64,000 nt of DNA from Lingula anatina (GCA_051362555.1 CM120643.1:19224848-19288847), one strand, 5' to 3'; shown: positions 11,001 through 23,100, counted from the stretch's first letter. The notes: generated by a model from the letters alone, not told the origin. Made by a program: numbers and translations.

Positions 11001-14000
11001 CAAATAAAGGGATAATCTCGGAACCACTTGACTATCATTTGATAGGGGGCACCTTAGGAACAATTCTAGGTTGCACGATGAGGTTGCAGGTTCACACAGA
11101 ACACTTTTAATAGCAGATAACTTACAGAACCAAGGGAATGAGCAGCTACCCTGGTCATCAAAATCGCCTCATTTGAACCACATAGACAATATTTCGGTAG
11201 ACCATTACTCACCAATCAACTGCCTACATGTCCTACAACAAAACTGGACCAGATTGGACAATTTCAGACCGATGCCTAGAATGCTATTCCAGATTGAACT
11301 CTTAAAACCTACCCTCAAGAAATGCCTTGCCGCTTGAGAGCGCTGGCAACAGCCACGAAGAGGCCAGGCGTAACAACGACCATTACTGTGACTAGCAACT
11401 GACATGAGGGTCTTTTGTGAAGCGTATTACCCTTTTACAGACGATAATTTGGAGACTATGGAGATCCAAAATATCTCTTTTAATGTGAGTCGTATGACAT
11501 AGAAAAGGCAATGTGTTTTTGTTTGTTTCTCTGGCGAATTCCATTAATGAACTGATGTCACAATGACATCAAATAGATAATTTAAAGTTATTAAAACACG
11601 ATTTTTATCCTTATTTTCATTTATCAGTCAGCAAAATAGGAAAAAACTGATAAAAAATTATTTCGAAAAAAATATTCCATATTAAATGTCAAGTCTGTAT
11701 ATGATCTTGTTTTATGTGATGTATAGAGGCACAAGAAAGGACTTTAGAAGAAGAATGGATTAAGATTTTTGTAGAGCACCTTATTTTTCAGATGACATAA
11801 TGTTGCTCATGAATCAAATCTAAGACTTGCACCCTGAGCTTCAGAGCTAACTTGACGCTAACCTTTTCACTGTAGCCTATCTCCATCGTGTCAAGTAACC
11901 TCTGACCAGATTTGATTGCCTCCGCCGCCCGCCAATCAAATTTAAAAGCCCGCACTCAATGACTCATTAAACGATCTAGCAGATGAACGCGAACGAGTCA
12001 AAGCGCGCTTTGTTCAAATCCGGACCAATCAAAGATAAGGCTGAATATCAGGGACTTGCCGTAACCTGTGGGCAGCACGCAAATAACATCGTCTCTCAGT
12101 AGATAATGATGCAGGGCCTCAAACTGCTAGACCCTATGGTTTCAATTCCGATTTACTCATATTTTGCAAAGAATCAAGAGATAACTTAACACATTCTTTT
12201 TCGTAGTCACTCGCCTTGCTTTCTTTGTGTACGGTAATACACTCGGAACTACTCGGATGTCTCCGCACTCGACAATAACTATGTTGTTAAAAATACACTG
12301 GCGCTTATTGGACGCCCTGACATTTGGGAGGACCCTTTTAAAATATCCATGACCGCACTCTCTTCCATAATAAAACCGCTTATCCAAATCTCTTATAGTT
12401 CGGCCTTTAAAGCTCACCTAGCATCCCTGAACACGGAGGGTAAAAAATTACGTACCTACAGTACCTTCAAAAAAGATTTTAAAAGAGAAATATACACACA
12501 GTTAATCCACAAACCCAAATCTACATTCCTTTGCAAATTCAGGATAAGTGCCCACAATTTGGCAATTGAAAAGGGGAGACACATGAATCCTAAAATACCC
12601 ATAGAGAAAAGGCTATGCACGGTGTGCAACATGGGGTCAGTTGAAGATGAGTTCCATTTTATGATGATATGCCCCTCTTATGCTCCACTAAGAGCCATAT
12701 TCCTTAACCAGGTTAAAGATATACTGGGCAGTGCAGCCCCTGAGTCCATCAGTGACCTTTTTATTACCGTACTGCAATGTAATGATTTTGATATTGCAAA
12801 ATGCACAACTAATTTTCTTTATGATTGTTTTAAAGCTAGGGATATGAAAATTGCATCCATGCTGAATAAAACCTAGATTAACTGACGATGCAGTTTTCAT
12901 ATCCCCCTAAATAATAGTTAGTTTAATATAAGGTTTAGTGTAGCCTATTCTAGTTGAATCAGTTTTTTTTTTTTTTTAATTATCCCTATATTGATCTTTA
13001 TTGAGTAGTACATGTACTTTCCCTGCTTTAGTATAGACATTATATAATGTATATCAAACTGTATATGGTAATCACTCTGCGGATTACTTCTTGTATTTGT
13101 ATTTGATCATGCCCGGATGTAGGGCGATTGTCAATAAACTTCTGATCTGTTAGTATGGAGCTTGCGGAATCAGCCGAGGATTGCCGATTGACGGTCAACC
13201 AATCAGCGTTTTCACCAAACTTTGGTGAAAAATTTTGAAACATGGATTTGATTGGCTTATATAAACGAGGTCAAACTATTTTCGTCAGAGGTTACTTGAC
13301 ACGATGGAGATAGGCTACAGTGAAAAGGTTAGTGTCAAGTTAGCTCTGAAGCTCAGGGTGAAGACTTGCGACTTTACTGAAAATATGTGAACATCATCTG
13401 TTGTTCCAAACCTTTAAAAGTAAATTCATTGGTAATAAATGCATTTTTAAATTACACTTTAAATACTCTCTAGGTAAAATCTCGATCACGTTAAACTCGG
13501 ACTGGTCTGAGCCAAAGACGAAGAAGGCTGAGGACGCCGAGGCCGCAGAGAGGAGCCAGCAGTTCTCCCTTGGCTGGTTCGCACACCCCGTCTACGCCAA
13601 CGGTGATTACCCGGATGTCATGAAATGGACCGTGGGAAATAGGAGTAAGGCAGAAAACCTTAACCAGTCCAGGTTACCCGAGTTCACTGACGACGAGAAA
13701 GCAAGGATAAAAGGTTTGAAAATATTCGCAGTTATGGCATATTGTCATGTTTATTATCAAAAAACTTCACAAGCATTCTAATTGATCGCTATGATGATAA
13801 AGAGGCAAGCACGTACATGTAAAAAAGTTTGTTCAAATTATTATCAAATGCAAAATTATTCATTGTCCCTTTAGGCACCTTTGACTTTTTCGGCCTAAAT
13901 ACCTACAGTACCAACCTGATCACGGGGGCCAAAACCACCGGCGCCGGCTACTTCCAAGACATCGGAGTGGCCTCTTCTAAAGACCCGAAATGGAAAACGT

Positions 14001-15298
14001 GCGTATGGAAAACTGTGGCCGTAGTGTTCTTTAGTATGATGAGGATTTTGTAAGGATTTTGTGGCTGTTGATTTTAGCAGAACTAGTACCATCAGTTTTA
14101 TAAGTAATATCACTTTTTTTGTGAAAACAGTGCTATAATCTTTATTTTCAGTAATTATCAAACGGACGTCAGTGGCAATAGCAATCGCTTTAAAAGTCTT
14201 AGGTCAAAACCGTCATATATCTGAATGACATTTTCTTGGCTTATCTTCAGATCTGGCTCGTCTTGGCTGACGGTGGTGCCGTGGGGCATGCGGCGGATTT
14301 TGAACTGGATCAAGAAGCAGTACGCCAACCCGCCCGTGATCATCACGGAGAACGGCATCTCGGACAGGAACACCACCATCCCTGGAATATACCGGGATTA
14401 CTGGAGGATAGGTTACTACCGCGGATACATTAGTAACATGATTGACGGTAAGGACAGATATCAGACGACTAAATGACAATGTAAAAAAGTTAGGCGTGTC
14501 TCTATGTAAACAGTTTAAGGCTTTGGCTTTTTTTTCCCACCTATAACAAAAAGAGTGCGTTCCCAGTAAATCTATTGTATAATGTATTTCGAAATAACTC
14601 CGCGGGGACCTGTATTTAATACAAGCAGATTAACATGTTAACACGCCTTCCCTGGCGTTGAGTAGAATACAGAAAAGTTAGTGACTATATGAGTGCGTTG
14701 AAAAACAGGCCCTGCGGAGTTGGTTCGGACTACCTAGTGCAATAGTTTCATTCTAAACGCACCCTAAGATAGTAGAGTGTTTGAGGGCTGAGGGTCACGC
14801 CCTAAAGTAATATTATGTAATTCAGCAAGTGTGATTTCCTTATCACATGGACGGTACCTTTATCGGCGATTATCTAGGCCTAAGTGAATACGCTTAATTG
14901 TGAGTGAAATCTGTGTTGAGACAGTGGTGCCTTACTTTTTTTAGGTCTAGGCTTACTATAGTATTTCTTATCGAACATCATCAGTTGACAGTGTTACATC
15001 TGTTGCAAATCCTCTGTCACAACTAACACAGTTTCACTATCTCAACTAACACATTTTCATTCCAGCGGTAGTTCAGGATAAATGCAACGTGATAGGATAC
15101 ACTGCCTGGTCGGTGATGGACAACTTCGAGTGGTCTCGAGGATACTCGGAAAAGTTCGGCATGTACCACGTGAATTTCAGTGATCCTCAGCGTCCGAGAA
15201 CGCCCAAGGAGTCGTCCGTTTATTACTCAATGATCATCAAGGCTAACGGCATCCCGAAATATACTCCACGATCTTTTCATGTGGTAGATGAAAATTAA
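7901..15298 (+). CDS. Glycoside hydrolase family 1 beta-glucosidase (single domain, lactase-phlorizin/myrosinase-like), probably secreted; 8 coding exons, 512 aa
   Basis: Exons 7901-8069, 8374-8504, 9104-9364, 9816-9999, 13474-13713, 13875-13998, 14251-14447, 15066-15298. All introns GT-AG, phases consistent, total 1539 nt. GH1 motifs: [40 protein letters not shown], acid/base TFNEP (9831-9845), nucleophile ITENG (14342-14356), WSVMDNFEW. Hydrophobic N-terminus [20 protein letters not shown]; no C-terminal TM helix. Confidence 0.95.
8374..8504 (+). CDS. GH1 exon 2 (GKGPSIWD...[11 protein letters not shown])
   Basis: TAG acceptor, GTAATG donor; absent from the ORF track. Confidence 0.92.
9104..9364 (+). 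CDS. GH1 exon 3 (YRFSLSWPR...TLYHWDLP)
   Basis: TAG acceptor, GTATAA donor, phase 0/0. Confidence 0.93.
9513..9771. mobile_element. MITE-like element with CAGGGGCGGATC-type termini in GH1 intron 3
   Basis: Left CAGGGGCGGATCTAGG, right CCTAAATATGCCACTG (imperfect inverted repeat); GATTG directly on both flanks. Confidence 0.7.
9816..9999 (+). CDS. GH1 exon 4 ([11 protein letters not shown], acid/base Glu)
   Basis: CAG acceptor, GTACCA donor. Confidence 0.93.
10039..11697 (+). mobile_element. Full-length (1659 bp) inactivated Tc1/mariner transposon in GH1 intron 4
   Basis: Perfect 28-bp TIRs CAGACTTGACATTTAATATGGAATATTT (10039-10066 / 11670-11697), TA on both flanks. Disrupted transposase: [14 protein letters not shown]...[27 protein letters not shown] (cf. 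Tc1 WPxxSPDLNPIEN). Confidence 0.92.
11830..13360. mobile_element. Non-autonomous DNA transposon with 77-bp TIRs and 8-bp TSD (hAT- or P-like) in GH1 intron 4
   Basis: TIRs 11830-11906 / 13284-13360 (CACCCTGAGCTTCAGAGC..., one mismatch); TSD AAGACTTG at 11822-11829 and 13361-13368. Confidence 0.92.
12280..13150 (+). mobile_element. 5'-truncated non-LTR retrotransposon 3' end (ORF2 C-terminal Cys/His region and 3' UTR) nested in the TIR element
   Basis: ORF 12349-12876 KLRTY...[16 protein letters not shown]...RLCTVC...[11 protein letters not shown] is typical of LINE ORF2 C-termini; AATAAA near 13132; boundaries approximate. Confidence 0.8.
13474..13713 (+). CDS. GH1 exon 5 ([14 protein letters not shown]...GDYP...SRLPEFT)
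   Basis: TAG acceptor, GTTTGA donor, phase 1/1. Confidence 0.92.
13875..13998 (+). CDS. GH1 exon 6 ([12 protein letters not shown])
   Basis: TAG acceptor, GTGCGT donor, phase 1/2. Confidence 0.88.
14251..14447 (+). CDS. GH1 exon 7 (ITENG nucleophile)
   Basis: CAG acceptor, GTAAGG donor, phase 2/1. Confidence 0.93.
15066..15298 (+). CDS. GH1 exon 8 ([13 protein letters not shown], stop TAA)
   Basis: CAG acceptor at 15063-15065; reads [15 protein letters not shown]. Confidence 0.92.
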
Positions 15299-15474
15299 TT
15301 TCAGTTTGATAAAAACCACCTAGAAATGGGCGTTTTTTTCACCCATCTTTAAGGAACACATTTTGCGGTTTTAAATTTAATATGAATCGTTTACCAACCA
15401 AGGTGTAATCAGAATAGGACAATTCACATTGGGCTACATTAAATTAATTTTTAGCAACAACACGCTTATGGTTA

Positions 15475-15650
15475 TGTTATCAGTAAAAAAAGACGTATTG
15501 CCATCCACGGTGGTGCAACCCACAAAGGCTTGAAGAGACCAGTGCCTGTCAATGGTCGACGATGTGGTCGTATTGTTCCCCGTCATTGCACCCGTTATCG
15601 TCCACAGGTGACGTGGAATCGATATCCAAATGCTGTTATCGCATGTTTGC
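15475..15650 (-). mobile_element. Possible highly decayed Tc1-like transposase fragment
   Basis: Minus strand RFHVTCGR*RVQ*RG then EQY across a frameshift resembles Tc1 RFxxxxDGRxRVxRRxGExY. Confidence 0.3.
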
Positions 15651-18600
15651 AAGTCATCTACTCATCTACAGTAAAGGAGACATATTGCATATGATGTTGT
15701 ATAGCTTGTATTAACATGCAAAAACAATTGCTGTTGCTGATATTGTCATGCTTAAAATGAAGGTACCGGTGTATTAATTTTGTTGATATTAGTTAATTTT
15801 GTTAATATTAGTTTGTTGATTATCCTAATATGCGACATTGATATATATGATACTGGCTATTTTCGAATAATAAACGGCATCTCCAAACAGAGCAAAGTTA
15901 AGGTGGTCGTTGTATGGACTGTAAATATTCACCAAGATACGCTATTTCTACAGTATTTTATGGTCTTGCAACTCTATTACCAGGCTACTTTAAGTCAATT
16001 CCTCTTTCTATATTGCAGACGACACGGAAACCATAATCAAAACCCTACACTGACTGTGGCACCTTTTTTGTTACGAAATCTTCCTTTAAGTGTGTATGGG
16101 GAAAATGGGTTTCGCTCACATGAGATAAGGACGTCTTAAATTTTTCTATTTTTCTTAAACAAGGATTTCTGACATGAAATTAAGTGATTGTTGTTGACTT
16201 CATAGAAAAACACCAATTTCATAACTGTACGAAAGTTGTTGACTTCATAGAAAAAAACCAAAATTTTTAACTGTTCCGGCATACTATTGTTCTTCAAAAC
16301 TCTGTCATTATCTACCATCACTAAAATCCTTCCGGATCCCACCACATAATATCTTTTAAAATCATTACAAATTATGCTGAATGAACCGCAGCTTCAGAAA
16401 ACCCATTATTTCTTTTTCGAGGGGGAGGGATGGTATAAATTCAAATTTTTCTCAAAGACAAATTCTCAACATTGGGAGGGAAGAATTTCATGTATGTGTT
16501 TATTTATGTATATTTACATCATACTTCAATACGGCTGTCTTGATGTCGTGTTTTTTTTGTTTGTTTTTGTTTTATTCTAATAATTTGGTAAATGCCTAAT
16601 GTTTATCCCCCCCATCCAATTGAAATTGGAATGAATACGTTTCTCTGTTGAATGGTAATTTACATGCTGTATGGCATTTTGTCTTCCTGACTCACGACAA
16701 GCGACCAAATTTATGCCCAGGTAAATATTTCCTACAGTATTATGCGTTACTATGAACACAGGGGTGCAAGTGTCGTCTGCTCTGAACTGTCGTCTGCTGA
16801 GAGCACACGGCTGGAGGCACACCGCGGGATAAATTGGCATTTAAAACAAGCTTGATTTGAATATTTCGTCAATTCTCTTCGTGCTTGTGAGCAATTAAAA
16901 TATCAGAAGAAAAGTTCTATCTTTTTGGGTGTCGCAGTTGGCGAAGACAGACTGCGCTGAGCGGCACAGAAGTAAGTGAAGCCATTTTATGTAATTTTTT
17001 GATTCTGTATTTTGAACTGTCATCGATTATTATTATCATTTCTTTGATATGATTTTATTGTCACCTTTGACATTAGTGAAAATGTGTTTTAAAGGTGCCA
17101 AGAAAAAGACAAAACCTACTAAAGAATTTTAACTTGAAATTTATGTAATATTTTGTGTACCAATTCTGTACCCTAAATCGATTACCGACGAATCTATGCC
17201 GTCTACAATGACAGATTCAAAATGACATGCCGCACTTTTAGAAAAACAGTATGAATCCTATCGCTCAATTACCCAGATTTTATCTCAATTAGGAATGGTT
17301 TTAACTGATTTTGGTCGCTAGTTAAAAGACAGTGAAGTCGAGTGTGATAGCTCAAATGGAACTTTATACAGTAGCCTAGTGTGATCGTCAAATGGACAGT
17401 TAAAGAGCGCTGCTTTCAGAAAATTGTCAACTCTTCTCTGGAAAAATTGCGCCAGGAAGTAGCAATTTGAAGAAAACCATTTATCAAGTTACGTATTGTT
17501 ACTAACAGTTTTAACAGGGAGCCAGTGAGTTGATCTCATCTGAAAGAAGAAAAGTGGACGAAACGACTGGAATTTTACGACGGGGACATCAGCGTGAAAT
17601 GGATACTGAATAATCTTTACGTGACTTCAGTGTCCATTCTTTACTGTCTTTATTGGAATACTCATTGGAATACATAAGCGCAGTAAAAATAAGTTTTTTT
17701 ACAGTAATCAGATGGGCGAGATGTTTTCCTCCACAGCCACTTTTTACCTGCAGCTCGTTTTTCATGAAATTTACTGACCGAATTAAATTGGAGATAAGAA
17801 CGCGTGCGACACGACTTGTCGCCTTGTTAATGGTACCATAAATAAGGCAGAAGGACCCTGAGCAATATAGACGAACTTTTAAGAATGTAATACCGTCTTT
17901 ATACTTTCCAAAAAGGTGCCAATTGCTTCTGAGGTTTTGGCATGCATGCCTGTTTCTCAGTAAATGCATTTTCTTGACCAGGACCAGGAGAGAGAGAGAG
18001 AGAGAGTTTACGTGCAAACGGTGGGGTGTTTGTTTGTATACCGACTGCGTATATGAGTATGAATGATTCAGTAGCTTCCCAGTACACTCTTTATTCTTAA
18101 TTGAGTGTTTTCTCTTTGTTCATAGGAACTTTGTGTTTATAATGAAGTGAGGGGAAACAACGCTGACAGATTTATCACTCATTAATACAGAATATCATTT
18201 ATCTCCAGTACCATGTTATGATGAAGACATCCTTATCATACAGTATGATATATCTTCAAAATATTCTTTATACTTAATATTATATGATGGCACAAACAGT
18301 GTGTGCTAAATGGTATACAAGGGAGGGTTACAGATTATCCTCAGCGAGGTCTTCAACACCGGGGTAACAGAATAATTAAACCTATCTAGTGTATATTGTT
18401 AATATGCCATACCGTGTGGTCACATAAACCATGCCAGGTGAACTGGTAAAACATCTTCACTGCTCTGACTCATAACACGACTGGGCGGCGGTTAACATTA
18501 AGCACATTACAGATTAATTCTAACAGGTTTTCCTCATACAGACAGTGGGCCGTGATGCGTATGCAGATTACCGAGGTGTTTGGTGGCATTACATTGTTAC

Positions 18601-18910
18601 CCTTTATTATCAGTTATATTTATAAGTTTAAAATATTTTGCAGGGTCACTAGAAATGATTTTAGCTTTTCTTTTTCTATTTTTGGAATTTCCCCATTTTT
18701 TTAAACAAAAGGACTTAGTTCGCGTGGACATCATATGTGCATTTTGAGATGTTTATTTTATTTTATTTCCTTATTTATTTTTGAATTTATCAACTAATTC
18801 AACGTCATTTTCGAGATGGATCATAGTAATATTCTTCCATGGAAATCAGTTTATTGTACCACCAGCGTTAGCGCTGGCGGTACACATGGTTTCGGTCCCG
18901 TCCGGATCGT

Positions 18911-18964
18911 TCCGCCGGCTCCGCCGGCTCCGCCGGCTCCGTTGGCTCCGCCGGCTCCGCCGGA
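18911..18964 (+). repeat. 9-bp GC-rich microsatellite (TCCGCCGGC) x about 6, in the HINE 5' arm
   Basis: Directly visible; one unit reads TCCGTTGGC. Confidence 0.9.
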
Positions 18965-19861
18965 CGGCTACCGTTACCGCTTCTCCTCCTAGACGGTAAG
19001 GGCCCCCGTACCCATCTCATGGATTTAGGTCACCTATAATCTCAACTCGTTCCACGTAAAATTTGGGCTTTGTCGGTATTGGGGTCTGGGTGTGGCACTC
19101 ATTGCAATGCACCCTTGTCTAAAAATGGCAAAATTAAATGCTAATTATCTACCCTACGGAAGGAGTTATGGGAAAAATTTCTATAGACGGCTTTCCAAAA
19201 GTCATATGTGTAGATTTCAAATATATCCTTGGATTTGACCTTTGACCTCTACTTCAAGGTCAAATGGGCCAAAATTTTCAAAAAAATGAAATTTTTACGA
19301 AAAAAATTTTTTTTGCCCTGTTATTAAGACACCACACAGACTTAACCAATAATATTATTGGAAAGTGTTACCCTTCAGGTCATCTTTCATCTCCATGAAT
19401 TTGGGGTCAATCGGTGCATTTTCACGGGAGTAGCAGCCATAAGATACCGAAACTGAAAACTGTCTCTAATTCGGGAACCGTTAATGCTAGAGACCCATTC
19501 TTTTTTGCATTTTGTAGAGCATGTAAAGCCCAACACTGGAGGTGGTCTCGGTTTTTTTGTATTCCATACGGTTTTCGAGTTACGCTGTATCAAAAAGTAC
19601 ATATTGGTGGTAAAAGCAAAATGTGCAGTACGGTAATGGATAATAAATTTTGAACTCTGGAAAAATAAAACATAAGGCTTGGCAAAGCAGACAACTTGTG
19701 TTCAAAAATGACATTATTTCATCAAATTTGAACTTCTGAAACTTCAGAACACCTCCTATTTCAAGAATTTTGACCAAAATGACATTTTCTTTATTTTAAT
19801 TAATTTTTTCTGTACGAAATTTAAGGCACATTATGGTAACTCCAAAATTATAACATCTAGT

Positions 19862-22325
19862 CCCTTATATCTCCAAAACTGGCAGAGATAGGTCCATAGT
19901 TACTATTGAACTTGAATAGGAAGTCATATACTGGCAATCTAAATGTGACCTTGAAATTTACCTTTGACCTACTTTTCACCATGAACTGAACTTTGCAAAT
20001 TTTTCTTCCCTTTTATCTCCAAAACTGGCAGAGATAGGTCCATAGTTACTATTGAACTTGAATAGGAAGTCATATACTGGCAATCTAAATGTGACCTTAA
20101 AATTGACCTTTGACCTACTTTACACCATGAACTGAATTTTGCAAATTTTGCTTTCCTTTTATCTCCAAAACTGGCAGAGATAGGTCCGTAGTTACTATTG
20201 AAGTTGAATAGGAAGTCATATACTGGCAATCTTACTATGACCTTGAAATTGACTTTTGACCTACTTTTCACCATGAACTGAACTTTGCAAATTTTTCTTC
20301 CCTTTTATCTCCAAAACTGGCAGAGATAGGTCCATAGTTACTATTGAACTTGAATAGGAAGTCATATACTGGCAATCTAAATGTGACCTTGAAATTGACC
20401 TTTGACCTACTTTACACCATGAACTGAATTTTGCAAATTTTGCTTTCCTTTTATCTCCAAAACTGGCAGAGGTAGGTCCGTAGTTTCTATTGAACTTGAC
20501 TAGGAAGTCATATGCTGGCAATCTATATGTGACATTAAAATTGACCTTTGACCTACTTTTCACCATGAACTGAATTTTGCAAATTTTGCAAATTTTGCTT
20601 TCCTTTTATCTCCAAAACTGGCAGAGATAGGTCCGTAGTTACTATTGAACTTGAATAGGAAGTCATATACTGGCAATCTAAATGTGACCTTAAAATTGAC
20701 CTTTGACCTACTTTTCACCATAAACTGAACTTTGCAAAATTTGCTTCCCTTTTATCTCCAAAACTGGCAGAGATAGGTCCATAGTTACTCTTGAACTTGA
20801 ATAGGAAGTCATATACTGGCAATCTAAATGTGACCTTGAAATTGACCTTTGACCTACTTTACACCATGAACTGAATTTTGCAAATTTTGCTTTCCTTTTA
20901 TCTCCAAAACTGGCAGAGGTAGGTCCGTAGTTACTATTGAACTTGACTAGGAAGTCATATGCTGGCAATCTATATGTGACATTAAAATTGACCTTTGACC
21001 TACTTTTCACCATGAACTGAATTTTGCAAATTTTGCAAATTTTGCTTTCCTTTTATCTCCAAAACTGGCAGAGATAGGTCCGTAGTTACTATTGAACTTG
21101 AATAGGAAGTCATATACTGGCAATCTAAATGTGACCTTAAAATTGACCTTTGACCTACTTTTCACCATAAACTGAACTTTGCAAAATTTGCTTCCCTTTT
21201 ATCTCCAAAACTGGCAGAGATAGGTCCATAGTTACTCTTGAACTTGAATAGGAAGTCATATACTGGCAATCTAAATGTGACCTTAAAATTGACCTTTGAC
21301 CTACTTTACACCATGAACTGAATTTTGCAAATTTTGTTTTCCTTTTATCTCCAAAACTGGCTGAGATAGGTCCGTAGTTACTATTGAACTTGAATAGGAA
21401 GTCATATACTGGCAATCTAAATGTGACCTTAAAATTGACCTTTGACCTACTTTTCACCATAAACTGAACTTTGCAAATTTTGCTTCCCTTTTATCTCCAA
21501 AACTGGCAGAGATAGGTCCATAGTTACTATTGAACTTGAATAGGAAGTCACATACTGGCAATCTAAATGTGACCTTGAAATTGACCTTTGACCTACTTTT
21601 CACCATGAACTGAACTTTGCAAACTTTTCTTCCCTTTTATCTCCAAAACTGGCAGAGATAGGTCCATAGTTACTATTGAACTTGAAAAGGAAGTCATATA
21701 CTGGCAATCTAAATGTGACCTTAAAATTGACCTTTGACCTACTTTACACCATGAACTGAATTTTGCAAATTTTGCTTCCCTTTTATCTCCAAAACTGGCT
21801 GAGATAGGTCCGTAGTTACTATTGAACTTGAATAGGAAGTCATATACTGGCATTATAAATGTGACATTAAAATTGACCTTTGTCCTACTTTTCACCATAA
21901 ACTGAACTTTGCAAATTTTGCTTCCCTTTTATCTCCAAAACTGGCAGAGATAGGTCCATAGTTACTCTTGAACTTGAATAGAAAGTCATATACTGGCAAT
22001 CTAAATGTGACCTTGAAATTGACCTTTGACCTACTTCTCACCATGAACTGAATTTTGCAAAATTTGCTTACCTTTTATCTCCAAAACTGGCTGAGATAGG
22101 TCCATAGTTACTATAAAAGTTGAATAGGAAGTCCTATACTGGCAATCTAAGTGTGACCTTGAAATTGACCTTTGACCTACTTTTTATCATGAACTGAACT
22201 CTGCTAATTTCTTTCTCTTTTAACTTCAAACTTGACAGAGATAGGTCCATAGTTACTCTTGAACTTGAATAGGAAGTCATATACTGGAAATTTACTGTGA
22301 CCTTGAAATTGACCCTTGACCTACC
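19862..22325. repeat. 146-bp tandem satellite array, about 17 copies
   Basis: Marker TATCTCCAAAACTGGC at 19868, 20014, 20160, 20306, 20452, 20607, 20753, 20899, 21054, 21200, 21346, 21492, 21638, 21784, 21930, 22076 and a degenerate copy near 22222; spacing 146 bp except two of 155 bp. Confidence 0.97.
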
Positions 22326-22839
22326 TTACGAAGAACTTAAATTTGATTGTACCCTATATTTTTTTTTGCAATAGTTTAAAAATTCTTGTTGATTGCATTT
22401 TTACAGCTTGTCAAGCACAAAACTGGTGGCTGTGTCACTTATTTTGTGTATGTGGGGGTCTATACGAATGCGCTTGCTCCAGCTGGTGGTACAATATTTG
22501 GAGGCGGTATCGCCTCTCTGATCCTCTAGTTCCGTTTCTTTTTTTCATCAAAATTATGTTAGGCATCTTGTGGATCGTATGGCACTCAGCTATTACTAAT
22601 GAGTAGGTGTCGCGACTCTAGAATCAATGGGCACTTCTATTATCGTTAAACCCAGAAAAAAATCCAAATTGTTTGGGAAAAACCTCATTGGCAAAAATAG
22701 AGAACTTCTCTGTGTCTATTTTTAGAACATCTCACTCATGCCAAATAGTTAATGCGAGGGTAATGTACCAGGGAAATGGCCATCACGCCAAATTGACCAC
22801 TTTAGCCCTAGGATACCTCTTAACGGGTCGTATTTCAGT

Positions 22840-23100
22840 CGTGATTAAGCCCGTGGTAATGCGCCATGCCACCTCAAGAGCGAGGACACACGGTTTCAAT
22901 GCTGACTTGTGTCGCCTTGCGGTGCCAGAAAGTTTTTTTATAAATGGCCACTGAGCTGAAGTCCCGCTTTGTTACGGCCGTCACCAGCGGCATACTGATG
23001 TGACGGGTATCATCGTAGGCATTGTTTTGATCCGTGGCGTCATGACAAATGTCGCGTGTTCTCACCATATCCAAACACACACACCACGACGATGAGTAAT
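22840..23100 (-). mobile_element. Possible decayed Tc1-like transposase HTH-region fragment
   Basis: Minus strand QVSIETVCPRS*GGM resembles Tc1 VSxxTVRRRLxxxGL; no TIRs found. Confidence 0.35.

Larger units (their letters stand above)
18851..22530 (+). mobile_element. Non-autonomous Helentron / HINE (DINE-1-like) element with internal satellite array
   Basis: 5' subTIR TATTGTACCACCAGC (18852-18866) with adjacent inverted copy (18873-18884); (TCCGCCGGC)n microsatellite; perfect 3' subTIR GCTGGTGGTACAATA (22482-22496); hairpin GAGGCG-GTAT-CGCCTC (22501-22516); ends CTAG-TT; T runs at both ends, no TSD. Confidence 0.88.

Noticed and set aside
12349-12876. 175-aa ORF as a nested host zinc-finger gene
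   Set aside because: Matches the C-terminal Cys/His pattern of LINE ORF2 and lies inside a transposon.
17589-18017. 142-aa minus-strand ORF
   Set aside because: Non-ATG start, runs through a GA microsatellite, no recognisable domain; the region may be decayed repeat but cannot be assigned.
19969-21898. Five near-identical 101-aa minus-strand ORFs; possible CRISPR-like array
   Set aside because: They are translations of the 146-bp satellite; there are no unique spacers or cas genes, and the DNA is eukaryotic.
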